A DNA stretch of 64,000 nucleotides from Amoebophrya sp. A120 (taxonomy: Eukaryota > Protista > Dinoflagellata): positions 3,635,341-3,699,340 of the forward strand of contig CAJINV010000009.1 of the NCBI GenBank assembly GCA_905178155.1, read 5' to 3'. Made by a program: the position numbers and the translations under genes. Of this stretch, positions 12,501 to 24,939 are shown piece by piece. The notes beneath the pieces are model-generated. The model worked only from the letters and a program-made list of their open reading frames with translations, searched no databases and had not been told where the DNA came from. The first letter of the stretch is position 1; every line of letters begins with the position of its first letter.

Positions 12501-15500
12501 ACCACCTTAGCTTTCATTTGCATGTTGTATTAGTTACACTTACACCATGCTCAAATACAGGGTTTACGCCGGAGTTCTGTCATCCTGGAAAGCGGCAACG
12601 TCACTTTCGCGCGCATCGTATTGCAGGTGAAATTTCATCTCCCACAAGCATCAAAATCAACTTGAACTTTCAAAATAGGTCGGATAGTCCTTCACTTTTT
12701 GGTGTAGTTGAGTCCTGTAGGCCGGATTCATTGATACAATTATACAACCTATGTCCAAAAAATTGGTTGAAGTTGAAAGATATTTTTTCCCCTGCATACC
12801 CGCTCCCCTGCCCCCGCTGGAAGTCCACCAGAGTCGCATACAGTCGTTTCCCCGCCTGGAGGACCGTTTGCCCAAATAAAATCCCCTGCGCAGCAGCAGC
12901 AATTCGCACCTAGTGCGGCGGATTTACAAGAACAGCAGTCTCATCATCAAGGCAGGATAATAACCACGCCATCCGCCCCCATGCCGGATCATAAACCTGC
13001 TGTTGGGCCAGGAGCGCCGCCCCTTTATCTCGGCGACCCATCTTCGACAGCAGGAGACCAAACGGTCACCAGCAAACCTGCCGCGCAGCAAAGCTTCGAC
13101 AGCACCGCGGCTCCCGACCATATGCTCCCGCAGTATCAAATGTAAAAATGTCTGGGTCTGGAAGATTCTGAGATTTGTCATGCATGTTTTGCATGATCCA
13201 GGATGTCTGTAATGCACGACCGCGCATCACAGATTTTGAGCTGGCTTCCTGATGCCTACTCCGCATGACAAACGCCCTCCCCGCGTAGCACAAACTAGAC
13301 TCCTCTTGCTGGTCATGCAATACAGATTTTTCTAGGGTCCAAAGTTAGCATCACAAGTTCCAATCTTCCAGACCCAGACATTTTTACATTTGATACGCAA
13401 CACCCCTCCGCGTTTCTCACCCGCGCCAACTCCTCGACGTCGCAGCAACTCGCCCAGCACCGGGATTTTTCCCTTATCAAATGCAAAAATGTCTGAGTCT
13501 GGAAACTTGTGATGCTGGTAGCGTATCATGAGGAGGCCACAAGTGCTCGCTCAGCATGACAAATTTCTGAGCTTCTAGGTGTTGCCTATTCTGCATGACA
13601 GGCTGCGTTCCTGCATGACAGAAAAATGGCGCTCTTGGGTAACGTGCGTGACAGATTTTAGAGTCATGCCAGACAAGCATGACAAACATGCCATCTTCCA
13701 GACCCAGAGATTTTTACATTTGATATCCCTGTTGATGCAGCAAAACAAGCTGTCGAAATTCGCGGTCATGGCCATCGTTTTTTTCAACGTTTCGGGCGGG
13801 CTATGAACTGCAAAAGCATCGTACTAGTATAAATCGCATGACAAATTTCCTCAGCATGAGAAATGAAATTTGTAATGCGGATTCAACTTGACAGAAAAAT
13901 TTGTATATTCATAAATGCGATTAGTATGAGTGCGATGCTTTTGCAGTGCATACGGGCCCTGGGGCAGCGAGGAAATTTTCAGCGACTACGGGCCTTTGGT
14001 AGGCATCATCGCCGTGCTAGTGGTTTCTGCCATCTGGAGCTACCCGCAGATCCTGATCACGAGCGAACTCTCCTCCGCTTTTCCGGTGAATGGGGGCTAC
14101 AGTCTGTGGGTCACGGAAGCCTTTGGACCCTTTTGGGGGACGATGGAAAGCTACTACAGCTGGGTAATATGACGCGCAAAAGTATCGTAGCTAAGTACAG
14201 GAGGCTGCATGAGAAATTTTGCTCCGAAGAAGCAAAAGAGTGAAACTTCTTTAATGCAGGGACGCAGGTAAAATTAAAAATTTTGTCATGCAGGACTGCA
14301 TTATTATGACTAGGACTACGATGCTTTTGCATAGGATTGACAAGCGGGGTCGTGGACAACGCAGTCTACCCGGTCTTGCTCTTCGACGGCGTGAAGCACT
14401 ACTATTCAGCACCAAAAACAACTTCTTCGCACGTTTCTTCAACATCATCTCCCGCCGCCGCGCCAGCATCTACAACTTCATCCCCGTCTACTACTTCGTT
14501 TTTCGGAACAACAGTAACGGACATTCCCAACATCAACGACTGGTCCGACGAAGCACAATACGCGTGCAAACTCGCCTTAGTTCTGCTCCTCGCCGTCCCA
14601 AATGTGATCTCCACCACGGGTATCCACAGTAAATTTTCCGTACACGTACAAGTGCGGCTTCCGCATGACAAACTTTTCCTTCAAACCTCTTCAGCATGAC
14701 ACGTTGCTTCTTCTAACGTGGTGAAATTTGTGATGCATTTTGTACATGTGCGGGAAATTTGTATTGCATAACGGGCACCGGTCAGTTTCTGCAGGTCCTC
14801 GGTGTTTTGCAGCTGTTGCCCTTTCTCGCGTTTCTCTTCATTACCCTGGTGTTTCACTGGGGCGAACTGGACTTCTCAGTGTTGCTCGAGTACAGGAGTA
14901 AGGAGGCGGCTAGTAGTGCTTTGTCAGGAACTTCTTCTTCTGCTCTGGACAGCACGATGTTGCATCCGGCAAGCCTACTGACCACACCGGGTCACGCGGT
15001 CCAGCAGGTCGTGACGCAGCTGCAACAACAGGAGCAGCAAAGCCAGGGTAGCAGCATGCTGTTCCCGCAGCAAATGTCCTCAAGCGCCAGTCCAGCTGCA
15101 GTACTTCAGGTAGTGCAAGGAGTGACCGAACTCCAGTCATCAGCATTCCTGACTTCTGCATCTGCGAGCCAGCTTCTAGGCGGGCAAGAAAAACGAGTAC
15201 CATTACAGATACAAACCACAGATCAACAACATGACGCATCTAGCTACACGTCCTTATCCTTCCTCACCTCCCTTTTCCCGTCCGATCTCGACATTTCTAT
15301 CTTCAGCCCCGAGGACGGGCTTCAGCCCGCGAGATTTACGGATTTTCTGTGCGTCATCTACTGGAATTTGTCGGGGTGGGACTGCTATCAACTGCAAATC
15401 TATCTGGGTCTGCGAGGATGCAACTTGTCATGCTAAGTTTGGACTCTACATAAAACCTGTATTGCACGAACAGCAAAAGAGATCCAGTTTTTGCCACGCG

Positions 15501-18257
15501 AAGGGGGTATTTCTCATGCGGTATGACCATCAGAAAGCTCTCGCAGAATGTGTGATGCTCGGGCATGCGTCACAGACTTCATGGGTCATGGAAAATATGC
15601 ATGACAAACTTGGTCCTTTTCCAGATCCAGACGTATTTGCAATGCATAACTGCGTCAGCACGATCGCCGGGGAAATGTACAAGCCGGAGAAGAACTTGAA
15701 GCCCGCGCTGTTGTACTCTCTCCTTCTAACGATCCTGCAGTACCTGGTCATTCTTTCCGTGGCCGCAAGCTGCAACATCCTACCGTGGCAGGACTGGAAG
15801 GACGGTTCGTTGCCGGAAATCGTCGAGGCGGCGTCGTCTTCCTTCGCAGCAGCGGATAATGATAACCAGTCTTCGTCCCGGTTGTTTTCGTCCCGCGCCT
15901 CGTGGATGGGTTTCTTCCTGCTTCTCGCTTCCTGCTTCGGCAATGCTGGGATGTTCACGGCCGAGTTGATGGAAGATAGCTACCAGCTGGAGGGTATCAA
16001 ACAAAAAAGTGCTAACCTTAACGGTTTTGGGGCATTGTTATGGCCATGTCAACTATCTCAACAAAAACGTTCTCAAGAATTTTTGGATAGCTACTTAAGA
16101 TGCCTATTGATGTAATTACTTTTTATGTGCTCCAGTAGCTAGCCTGAGCGCATGCATTAGATAGATCAGTGAAGTAGGTAGCTTCCTGGTCTCCCGATCT
16201 GTTGCCTCCCGGACTCTTCGAAGGTTGGTTTGACCTCACAGAGGGTACCTCTGAGGGGTACCTCTGAGGGTACCTCCAGAGGGGTCTCGAAATAGGTGTG
16301 AGAAAGTTTCCCTGAGCCCCCAGCACTTTTTTCGCCATACCATCGGGAATTAACAACGTACTCAGACCATAAAAAAATGCTTCACTTCCCTTCTTCCTCA
16401 GCCCTCCCAGAGGGTGGCCCCAGAGGGTCGCGCATGGGCTTCCGTGTTCATTAGTTGTCGGAGATCAAGTCCGGAAAGTAGCAGAGCGGCGGACCAGGAA
16501 GGTACCTACTTCACTGATCTATCTAATGCATGCGCTTCAAATAGCTAGTTTAATAGCTAAAAGCGCCTCTTTGTAAATAGTTAACTCATGCACCTAATCA
16601 AAAATTTTTGAGAATCTTTTTGTTGAGATAGTTGACATCGCCATAATTGTAATCACGCATGACAAATTTTCGCTATCATGCATGCTATCGAGTAGGCAAT
16701 ACAAATTTTGGACTCATTTGTCGTGCATTCCTGCATGCCAAATTTTGTTTAACGTTAACACTTTTTGGTGTGATAGAGGGACTCACCGCTGCCGATGTCA
16801 TTCCGAGGTGGATATGCACGGAAAATCTGTCCAGTTTGCGGGAAAATTGAAACTTGTATTGCTTGTCTTGCATTCCCGTAAAATCCGTCTTGCATCATGA
16901 CCGGCACAAGCGGAGGCTGAGGGGGCGCCTACTTTGTCATGCAATAACGCCGTTTGGTTTTCTTTTGTAACGCCGTTCCTATCTTCCTATGAGAAAAGGC
17001 TCTAAAAACAACTTGTGGCACTTGGCTGCACTTGAACAAAATGCCTCACTCATGATCCACGACTCAGCATTACAAGGCCGCTCCAGACCCCGAGACATTT
17101 TCATTGCATCTCGGACTAAGATGGACTACCGGCATCCGAAATTTGACACACCTGTCGTTGCGATGATCCCCTCCCTCGGGTTCTGCATTATCTGCATCTT
17201 TTTCGACTTCCAATCGATACTATGCATTGCAAAAGTATCGTACTCGTATATATGCATTAGCATTACAAATTCCCTCAGCATGAAAAGTAAGAATTTGTCA
17301 TGGGGATTTCGATTTACCTTAAGAAAGAAACTTGTAATGCATGACTGCAATAATTACAACTACGAAACGAATACGGTACTTTTGCACAGGATAGATACTC
17401 GCGATCGACAACTGCTTCGCTTCTCTCGCGGCGCTCCTGGAGATCCTTGCGTTCTACTCCTTGCGAAAAAACTATGGGAGTGTGAGGATTGATGAAATCG
17501 ACAAAGTTGAAATAATTTGTAATGCATAAAATCGACAACAGTTGGAAGCCCAATTTCTAGGTGGTGCATGACAAATTTCGGCACCGTCTAAATCCTGTCT
17601 GTGATGCTGTTTAGGGACAGAAGGCGTCTTTTGTCATGCTGCTTTAGCATCTCTGTCGCAGACCCCAAACAGGCTGACACGCGGCCTCACTTGCCATCCC
17701 GGCAAGACAGGCACTTCAGGCCTTGCATTTTATGCATGGCAACTTATTTCAACTTTGACGATTTCAAACCTGACGCTTCCATAAAAACCGACCGGAGATG
17801 GAACGGGGGGAAGCCAAGATTGAAAGCCCGTTTGCGCTTAGGCATTGCAAAAATTTCTGGGTCTGGAAACTTGTATATGCAAATCCGTGAACAATAAGTG
17901 CTCTGTAATGCGCCGCCAAGCATGACAATTTTTTTCGTGCTTCTGTGATGCGTATTTTGCATGGGAAACTACACTTTTGCATGACAGGCAAGAGGACCTC
18001 GTGGTGGCCACGCAATACAGAGTACAGAGTCACGCCAGACTAGCATGACAAATCTCGGAATCTTCCAGGCCCAGACACTTTTGCATTTGATAGCGTTGTT
18101 TGTGCTGATTCCGATCGCGTTTCTGTTCGGCTGTCTGGTGTTTGTGAAGTCACTGCTGAAGGGGGGAGGGACGTCTGTGGTCAATCTGTTCTTGCTGGTA
18201 GCGGGTTTTCCGTTGGCGAAACTACTCGCGACCAGGTTTGAAAGACTGTATCTCTAA
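9517..18257 (+). CDS. APC-superfamily polyamine/amino-acid transporter (plant PUT/LAT-like core at ~13730-18257) with a long low-complexity N-terminal extension; about 17 introner-type introns
   Basis: Reconstructed motifs FFNVSGGPWGSEE, ELSSAFPVNGGYSLWVTEAFGPFWG, WVSGVVDNAVYPVLL, YWNLSGWDCVSTIAGEMYKPEKNL, DSYQLEG, RHPKFDTP resemble PUT/LAT transporters. Linkage of 9517-13133 to the core depends on two eroded junctions (10453, 12341). Confidence 0.8.
9719..9890. mobile_element. Introner, family G (TATCC..GAAAAAAA)
   Basis: TIR TATCCACAGAAAAAAACCCATCC; TSD CACCC/CACCC. Confidence 0.9.
9932..10193. mobile_element. Introner, family A
   Basis: TSD GAACA/GAACA. Confidence 0.9.
10453..10606. mobile_element. 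Eroded family G-like introner
   Basis: TATCCAAAGGAAAAG...CTTTCTGAGGATG; internal GCATGACAAA; +5 removal in frame. Confidence 0.55.
11530..11837. mobile_element. Introner, family C (TIR TATGGAAGCGTCAGGTTTGAAATCG)
   Basis: TSD GTGTA/GTGTA. Confidence 0.9.
12012..12177. mobile_element. Eroded introner
   Basis: TATCGTGT...ACACGATA; TSD TGCGA/TTCTA. Confidence 0.6.
12341..12798. other. Tentative highly eroded introner-derived intron
   Basis: TAC...GCATA; support is mainly that +5 removal restores the frame. Confidence 0.35.
13134..13395. mobile_element. Introner, family A
   Basis: TSD CGCAG/CGCAA. Confidence 0.9.
13475..13725. mobile_element. Introner, family A
   Basis: TSD TCCCT/TCCCT. Confidence 0.9.
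13802..13952. mobile_element. Introner, family B
   Basis: TSD CGGGC/CGGGC; splits the VSGG|PWG motif. Confidence 0.9.
14168..14338. mobile_element. Introner, family B (eroded)
   Basis: TSD GGTAA/GACAA; removal gives WVSGVVDN. Confidence 0.8.
14621..14770. mobile_element. Introner, family H
   Basis: TSD ACGGG/ACGGG. Confidence 0.9.
15386..15648. mobile_element. Introner, family A
   Basis: TSD ACTGC/ACTGC. Confidence 0.9.
15995..16775. mobile_element. Introner, family E (TIR core AAAAAAGTGTTAACGTTAACGG) containing a nested element
   Basis: TSD GAGGG/GAGGG. Confidence 0.85.
16039..16645. mobile_element. Nested 607-bp TIR element (MITE-like) inside an introner
   Basis: TIR TATGGC-ATGTCAACTATCTCAACAAAAA; TSD ATTGT/ATTGT; ~45-bp subterminal inverted repeat. 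Confidence 0.85.
16813..17110. mobile_element. Eroded introner
   Basis: TSD GTGGA/TCGGA; +5 removal in frame. Confidence 0.65.
17221..17393. mobile_element. Introner, family B
   Basis: TSD GATAC/GATAC. Confidence 0.9.
17473..17783. mobile_element. Introner, family C
   Basis: TSD AAAAC/AAAAC. Confidence 0.9.
17839..18092. mobile_element. Introner, family A
   Basis: TSD GCGCT/GCGTT. Confidence 0.85.
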
Positions 18258-19587
18258 GGGCAGAAATAGGTATAGAGGCTTGTCGGCTTTTTTTTTGTGA
18301 ACAGGGCCACGTGGACGATGGCGTTGTCGTCTTGTTCCATCAAATGCGACAAAGCAAACCACGCAGAAAATATGTATTTATCAGGTGGAAATATTCCTAT
18401 TCCACCACGTGGGCGCTTCAGCTTTTTTTGCTCTGAAGGCTTTAGCTAAGTCGGTTCCACGCTCGCTCGTCGGTTATGGTTATCATGCAAGTGGGTCGTG
18501 TTCGTGCTGCTACGGCTACCGCTGAGTCGCAACATTGTATACTAGCTACGATCGGTTCTTGTTTGAATGCTCACAGTTCATCCTTCGTTCGCGAAAGTTT
18601 ACCTTGCGTTGTTTGTCGGTCTATATAGAAGCAAGAAGTTGGTGGACCTGATTGAATCGTCCTCGTCGGTTTCGTTCTTGTTCCGCTTGCCGGCGCGGTC
18701 ATGATGAAGTGTCGGTCCTGTCTGTATCCCTTTACTCACCCTGTGCCTGTCGTGGTCTTGTAAGTTCGGTATACCTAGTTCCAGTAGAAATAAATGAACG
18801 TAGACTAGAAGTTGTCTTCTGACTTTCGAATCGGTTTGCTGGTGCGTGCAATTTCGAGCTTTCGCTTCTGTCGTTTTCCTCATCGGATTCGTACATTTTG
18901 ACGTTTCGTTTCGTGCGATGCGCAACGTGCATGTGCAAGGTCTTGAACACCTACAACGGAGCAGGATATTGCGGTCACGTTCATGATGACGACCAGCATT
19001 TTGTATAAATATTTTCGCTTCGTTGATTATTTTCACAAGAAATTTAGAATTTAGATTTCCTGAATATCCTTACGGTCATCAAAAATCATCTTGAATTTGA
19101 GTTCAGAGCTGATTACCAGGGAAATGTTTTCTGTTGGTCGTTTTTCATATCTAGATCTAGATGTAGATTCCCATTGCGTATGAACATCATCAACTACAAG
19201 GAGGACCGAGGACCCCGAGGACTCTCATTCATCTCTCTGGTAACTCTAAGTCATTTTTCTAATTTTGATTTCATATAATTAAGTTTGAGTTTTATCATCC
19301 TGAAAAAGTTGTAAAATACATGATCATAAAGCCCATGCTCAATGAATATAAAACTCTTCTTCATCATCAAGGAATTGCTGCCATTGGCTCGCATTGTTGA
19401 GTGACACATATTAGGATATGCCACACTGGCGCCTGTGGTCTTTATCTTATGGCGGAGTCATGGTGGCTTTTCCTGAGCTTGTTCTTGGATGAAAATTTTA
19501 TTTTGGACGACATGTTCTTGATTGCCTGACCCCGAGTCTGCAGTGTCGTCGAGGACCATAGGGCTGTTGAAAGAAACGTCGGCGAAA

Positions 19588-21928
19588 ATGACCCGTAGCG
19601 GTGCGAGCGCAAAAAGTGAAAGGGAGGAAGAATGTAGCAGAGCAGACGAGGTGAAACTGAAAAGGAAGATGGCAGTTCAGTACTACCAATATTCCGGAAA
19701 AGCGTCTATGCGCGCAGCTTTGCTTTTGCAGTGTTGGCTAGCGGTAGAACAAACACCTGGATGGAAGTTGGAGATGAGCAACGGGAAGGTGGGAGTGCGA
19801 CCAGCAAGCGAAAGCAATCCGGGGCGGGTACATACTAATGATGGTGAAGGCATCGCGTCTAGTACAGATGAAATGGGTCGGGGCCGCTCACATCCACGGA
19901 CGCTTGCGGGAGGGCCGCCGGCAAGCGCCAAATGGGCTCGCTTCATGGATCTGATAGCTAAAGAGGATGATGGTGTTGGTGAGGATGACAATAAAATAAA
20001 GAAGTTTTGCGAAGATACTACAGATTGTCTCAAGAAGTTGGGCGGAAGCAAACAGGACGAGGACTGGGAGGAGAAAACGCGGCGTGAGTGCAGAACAGCG
20101 GACGAGAGGGATATTAGCAACACGGGCGCAGCGGATGACACAGTGCCTTCGAAGAGCCATGAAGACGGATTCGACGTCTACTTAGAGTGGAGAAACGAGC
20201 AAAATAAGATCATACGCGAAAAGCTTGGCAAGCCCGGCTATGTGGGTCAGGCGATCCTGCAAGACGCCCTGTCCTCGGACCCAAACGCTCCGAAACGCTT
20301 AAACGAGATTCGGCAACGGGTAAGTGATCTTCTAGAGGAGAAATACGACGCCTACTACCAGAAAGTTGCAGAGCAACATAAACAAAGGAAACAAAATATC
20401 ACTACCAAAAATAAACTTGGTTAATAGGTGGTTGGAGGAAGACAACAACCGTATGATCGTTCCCCTGATGAAAAAGCACATGCAGAACGGAGAGCTGGTG
20501 GTACTCGGCGAGGATACTTATATTTCTCCCGTTCTAAGAGGGAAGCCTGCAAACTTGAAGATCCTTGACCACGGCACACTGACGATAGCAGTACAGCTGT
20601 CGAAGGAAGAGGCGGAAGCACTGAGGGGAACCTTGTCTGAAGTTGTGGATCAAGAGAAGAGCCTAAAGTGGGAAAGACAAATGCTTAAGTCGGCGCAAGC
20701 GCATGACAATCGCATTCCCGGAGGTTTTGTGGGAACGGGCCCAAGCGTAGCAGCTTTCCTAAAGTACCAACAATGGAAAAACGCGCAGAACCAATTAATA
20801 GAGGAAAAGATGAAAGTCCTGCGGGTGGTGGAGCCCGCGATGATGAATGCCAATCCAAATGCTTCGTCAACAATACAAAGCGGTGGGATAGTAGGGCCGG
20901 GAGATCGCCTCGCGTTATCCGCCCAGCTTTTCATCCAAAACTCGCAACAGCGCAAGCTTGGCGAAAGTGGACGCAGCATGTTCGAAGCACACTACTTCGA
21001 CAAGGAAAAGTTCTGGACGAGGACAAAAAAAAAATTGGGCCGCTCGGAAGAGATCTTAGACGAGGTGGCCAAGTTAGAGATGCGTGACCCGACGCATATG
21101 GTGATCCCCCTTGGAATCGTCGGCGAGCTTGCCAATGGCCTGCGTGTCCTTCTCCATCCGACCTCCCTGGCACCGATATCGTTTTTGCATGACATCCATG
21201 GCGAACCGCCTCCCGGCGTGAGCCCCGAGGATGCCACGAAGCGACGGGCTTTAGAAAAAAAAGCTTGGGAGCGGTGGGGACCACAACTTGCCAAGGCGCT
21301 GAACAGCCCCAGCCGAAGCAAGGCATCTACCCAGACCGAAAATTCTTGGGACAAGAGTGTGCATGATGCGTTGCACTTGCACTCCATCTCGCACTCCTTG
21401 ACACCAAAAAAGGAGCCCACGTATGGCAGCTTCCGGGTTTACAGCAGCTGGAAAGCAATGCAAAAGAACGCCGCTCTTGCAGCCGGACTTGACGCCTCTG
21501 CCATAGAAAAATCTCCTGCTGCCGTGCGTCTGCTTCGTGAAATACCGGAGAAAGATCTGGCGTTGCTCCGGCCAAATGCGGACACGAACTGGCTCAACCT
21601 CAAGGAGGCGTGTAGGGATACGAAGGTAACCTGGGAACAGTTTCTCGGCGACAACAAACGTCAGTATCCAGGTCGAACCGGAGACAGTTTAGTCTGGCCA
21701 GAAGAAGACAACCGGCATACGCGTCTCCCCGATTTAGCCGAAGAAAAAGTCCAGGACGCCATGGCGACGTGGCAGATGTTGGACCCGGCCCCTATGATCA
21801 TCCCCACCGGGATCCTGGGCCAGCTGGCCAATGGTCTATTTGTGATCCTTGACCCCAACACGTTGGCGCCGAAAAAATATCTATTTCCCGGCGGGCAAAA
21901 GGAGGGCCGGCTTGGATTTGCTCCATAA
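19588..21928 (+). CDS. Hypothetical protein(s): two overlapping long ORFs, possibly joined by a 52-nt GT-AG intron (20320-20371); internal repeat
   Basis: ORFs 19522-20424 and 20366-21928. Removing GTAAGT...TTGCAG puts them in frame. Repeat DPxxMxIPxGIxGxLANGLxVxLxPxxLAP occurs twice. Confidence 0.55.
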
Positions 21929-22486
21929 GAAGCGAAAAAGCACTCGAACAAGAAAAGACGGCGCGCAGCTTCATTCGAGCTTTCATTGCCGGGGGCGGCA
22001 GGCCACTATAATTGGAATCGACTGGGCGCCGAAATCTGGCATGGTTTTGCATTTTTGCTTATTGGGGCGGCCCGCTGCCAGAAAAGGAGCCAGTCGCGTG
22101 CCGCGTCTTTGCCGGTTGCCCTTGTATTCTATTGTGGGCGCAGCTTGGATTAAAGCTAATAAAGCAGTGTTTGCAATGGGGCAGGGCGACGCCAACGTGG
22201 CAGCGGCTCTCGTGGGCCCCTTTTGTGTTGCGTCAAATCGAGGTGACGTGGTGGCCTTGTGGTTGCCCGTCTGTGTTCTTATGCAGGTGCCCTCTTAGTG
22301 TTAGTAGTAGTACTAGTAGCAGAGTATTCTGCGGGTTTTGTAGCTCAGTGTTTCTCAGTATTGCTGCTGCATTAAAATGAAGAATAGATGTGTTAGAGGC
22401 TTGCTCGTGCTCTGTCGTCTTTTTGACGTTTCCATAATCGCGAGCCTTTTGGCAGTAGCGCATTCATTCAGACACAGACCTCCCTC

Positions 22487-23047
22487 ATGGCGAATCTAAC
22501 GCAGAGCACCACGACCGCCACCGACGACGTACTCCGGAGCCTACCGGGGGTACCGTGGCGGACCACCCGCGCCGGTAGCGCAAGCGATGGAGCCGACCTG
22601 GATCTCGGTGGGGGAGGGGGTGGCGGTTTCGGGGGATCATCTGTTCCTCGCAGTGCTCAACACCAGGACGACGGCCGCAGGGCTCCCGCCTGGTCTTTTC
22701 CGAAGATGCCTGGAGAACGCGGACACCAGACGCCCAGCACCTACGCTAGCAAAGTTGCTTTTGAGTCGGCTCCAAAACTACCCCTGAGCCCGCGTCGTTC
22801 TAGGGCATATAGACCGATGGGCCCTCACGTGATTGATGACGCACCAGGAGCAGGCGTAGATGTATGCAAACAGAGGCACAGTAAGGGTGTTGCTAGCCAG
22901 ATATTGCTTGACCTCTCCTGTAGTTGGGCTCATGCAAATACAGGGTTGAAGAATGAGGATGAGCATTATATACTTATGAGGTGGGAGCGGGCTTCTTGCG
23001 ACCACTCCAATTGCGCTACGGAGGCAGGGCAGCTGCGCGATGGTTAG
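22487..23047 (+). CDS. Possible hypothetical protein or gene fragment
   Basis: 186-aa ATG-initiated ORF with a GC-rich 5' half; no recognisable motif. Confidence 0.25.
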   Translation: MANLTQSTTTATDDVLRSLPGVPWRTTRAGSASDGADLDLGGGGGGGFGGSSVPRSAQHQDDGRRAPAWSFPKMPGERGHQTPSTYASKVAFESAPKLPLSPRRSRAYRPMGPHVIDDAPGAGVDVCKQRHSKGVASQILLDLSCSWAHANTGLKNEDEHYILMRWERASCDHSNCATEAGQLRDG

Positions 23048-23426
23048 TAGCAGCGCCACCTTCTGTTAGTTTGAATGAAAGAAAGAGATGCAACTAAGCA
23101 CGACGATATGTCGAACCAGTCGGACATCTGTTCATGCTGTCTGCACTGCAGTTTTCCAACACGTGCGGGCAGGGGTTTGGGTTTGCACTGAATTTATTTT
23201 CAAAAGCGCCTTATATTATGTATGCAATTGCATTTGCAAGTTGTGCACTTATTTATATTTTACGCGGTTTAGTTCCGCTTCTCCTGTAGCGCTTCCCCTT
23301 CGGTAGTATGGTGACCGCTCTCCGCACACGCGATTATCTATCAGCCTAACGACTCGGGGGGAAAGGGCGTCACTAGGTTCGCTGCCTCAAAACAACTAAC
23401 TTGGCTTTGATAAGTGAGACGAAGGT

Positions 23427-24939
23427 ATGACCATGACCAACCGCCCGGCTGACCACGCGGCGGATGGGTTATCGTCATCTTTGCAACATGCAGCCCCAGG
23501 CTACATGGAAGACAGGAAGACGAAGATGGCACACGAAGACCCCCAGCATCACACGACTTTGCTTATTGCGGCTCCAGCGCCGATTGCTGCAGGGGTGGCG
23601 ACTGCAACTAGGAGCGCCTCTTCGTCCGACGCCCGAGAAGGTGAAGAAGACCCGAATGATTCCGGAGCGCAGGGCTTCGACTTTCCACTTTCTGACTTCG
23701 TGCTACATGAAGCACTGAATATCAGCCCTAGTTCGCAGATGTTCCTGTCCGGTTTCCTCCTGGGCGTTCTCTTCAGCGTCGTGGCCCCGTACGTCTGGAA
23801 ATTTTGTAGCAGCAGCTGTACTTCTTGCCTCCGCGGCGCGGGATCTGTTTTATGGAACAAGGTCCGTATGATCCGACCAGCGGCGAAGGAAAAGAATCTG
23901 GGTCTTGTCACGGAGGAGCCAAAGGACGACGCGCAAGCCCGTGGAGACGCAAACAACTCGGAGGAAGAAGCGGAGCTGAAGGAGCCGCTACTACCAAAAG
24001 AGGACGAACGGGAAACGGACCCGGAAGTTGTGGCTGCTGACAGAAGTGAAAGCTTTGGTCGAAAAGAGCAGTACGAGGAGGAGCAGGTTGCCGACAGTGA
24101 AGGGTTTGGCCGATACGAGCAGGATGAACAGGAGCAGGAGGTGGACGAGGCGGCGCACCATGTTCATGTCGCGCACCCGCGTGAAGAAGCTATCGAAGAT
24201 CTTACGTCTGCCACTGTTGGCTCGCCTTCTACTCCAGCGCCGGGGCTGTTAGTTGACGTCGAAACGCTCACTAACTCGCCACATGTATGACACCAAAAAG
24301 CGTCGTCCCGACTGGTACCCGAGCCGAGGAAGCAGGAGCCGGGACTCTCTTCTAAAAATCCCGTGCTTTTTACACGTAGAAGTGCATGCTAATGTTTGTG
24401 TTTCATTTGCATGTAGCACAAAAAAAATGAGAATGACGACAAAGTCAAAGAAGTCAAAGAGAAAGAAAATGAAAACTACACACCCATGGTATCTATTGGT
24501 GATACAGTCTTGAATTGCAATCTTGAAGTTGCTTCCGCTCTGATGCTGGTTCCGGGGCGGTTTTGGTTCTGATAGTCTTGCGCAGCCACCGACAGCGAAG
24601 CCGAGTGGGAGGAGCAACTGGTGTTGTGGTGTGCCATATGCATTGCAAATATCTCTCAGTCTGGACGAACGCAGAATTTATCATGCAGGGTTCGCATGAC
24701 CCAGAAGGTTTCTTTGGAATGCGGGCTCTAGCCCAAGCTTCGCAGGTTTTATAAGAAATATTAATACTGCCTTCGGGGCGTGCCCAGAAGTGGAGGCTTT
24801 TGCTGATTATGCAATACAGATTTTCGTATTCGTTTTCGTGTCGATGTTGACGTCTAGCATGACAAACTCGGACTCTTCCAGGCCCATACACATTTGCAAT
24901 GCATATTCCAAAGCGAGGAACAAGGAGGTCGACGGGTAG
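23427..24939 (+). CDS. Hypothetical single-pass membrane protein with acidic C-terminal region
   Basis: 287-aa ORF with hydrophobic segment MFLSGFLLGVLFSVVAPYVW. It continues through elements 24286-24574 and 24637-24905 to ...EWEEQLVLWCAKARNKEVDG*. Confidence 0.6.
24286..24574. mobile_element. Eroded introner (also readable as GT-AG 24285-24575)
   Basis: TATGACACCAAAA...TTTTGGTTCTGATA. Confidence 0.55.
24637..24905. mobile_element. Introner, family A
   Basis: TSD TGCCA/TTCCA. Confidence 0.8.

Noticed and set aside
13134-13952. Repeat-spacer-repeat pattern suggestive of a CRISPR array
   Set aside because: The repeats are inverted pairs with 5-bp target duplications and irregular spacing, the 'spacers' are exons, there are no cas genes, and the context is eukaryotic.
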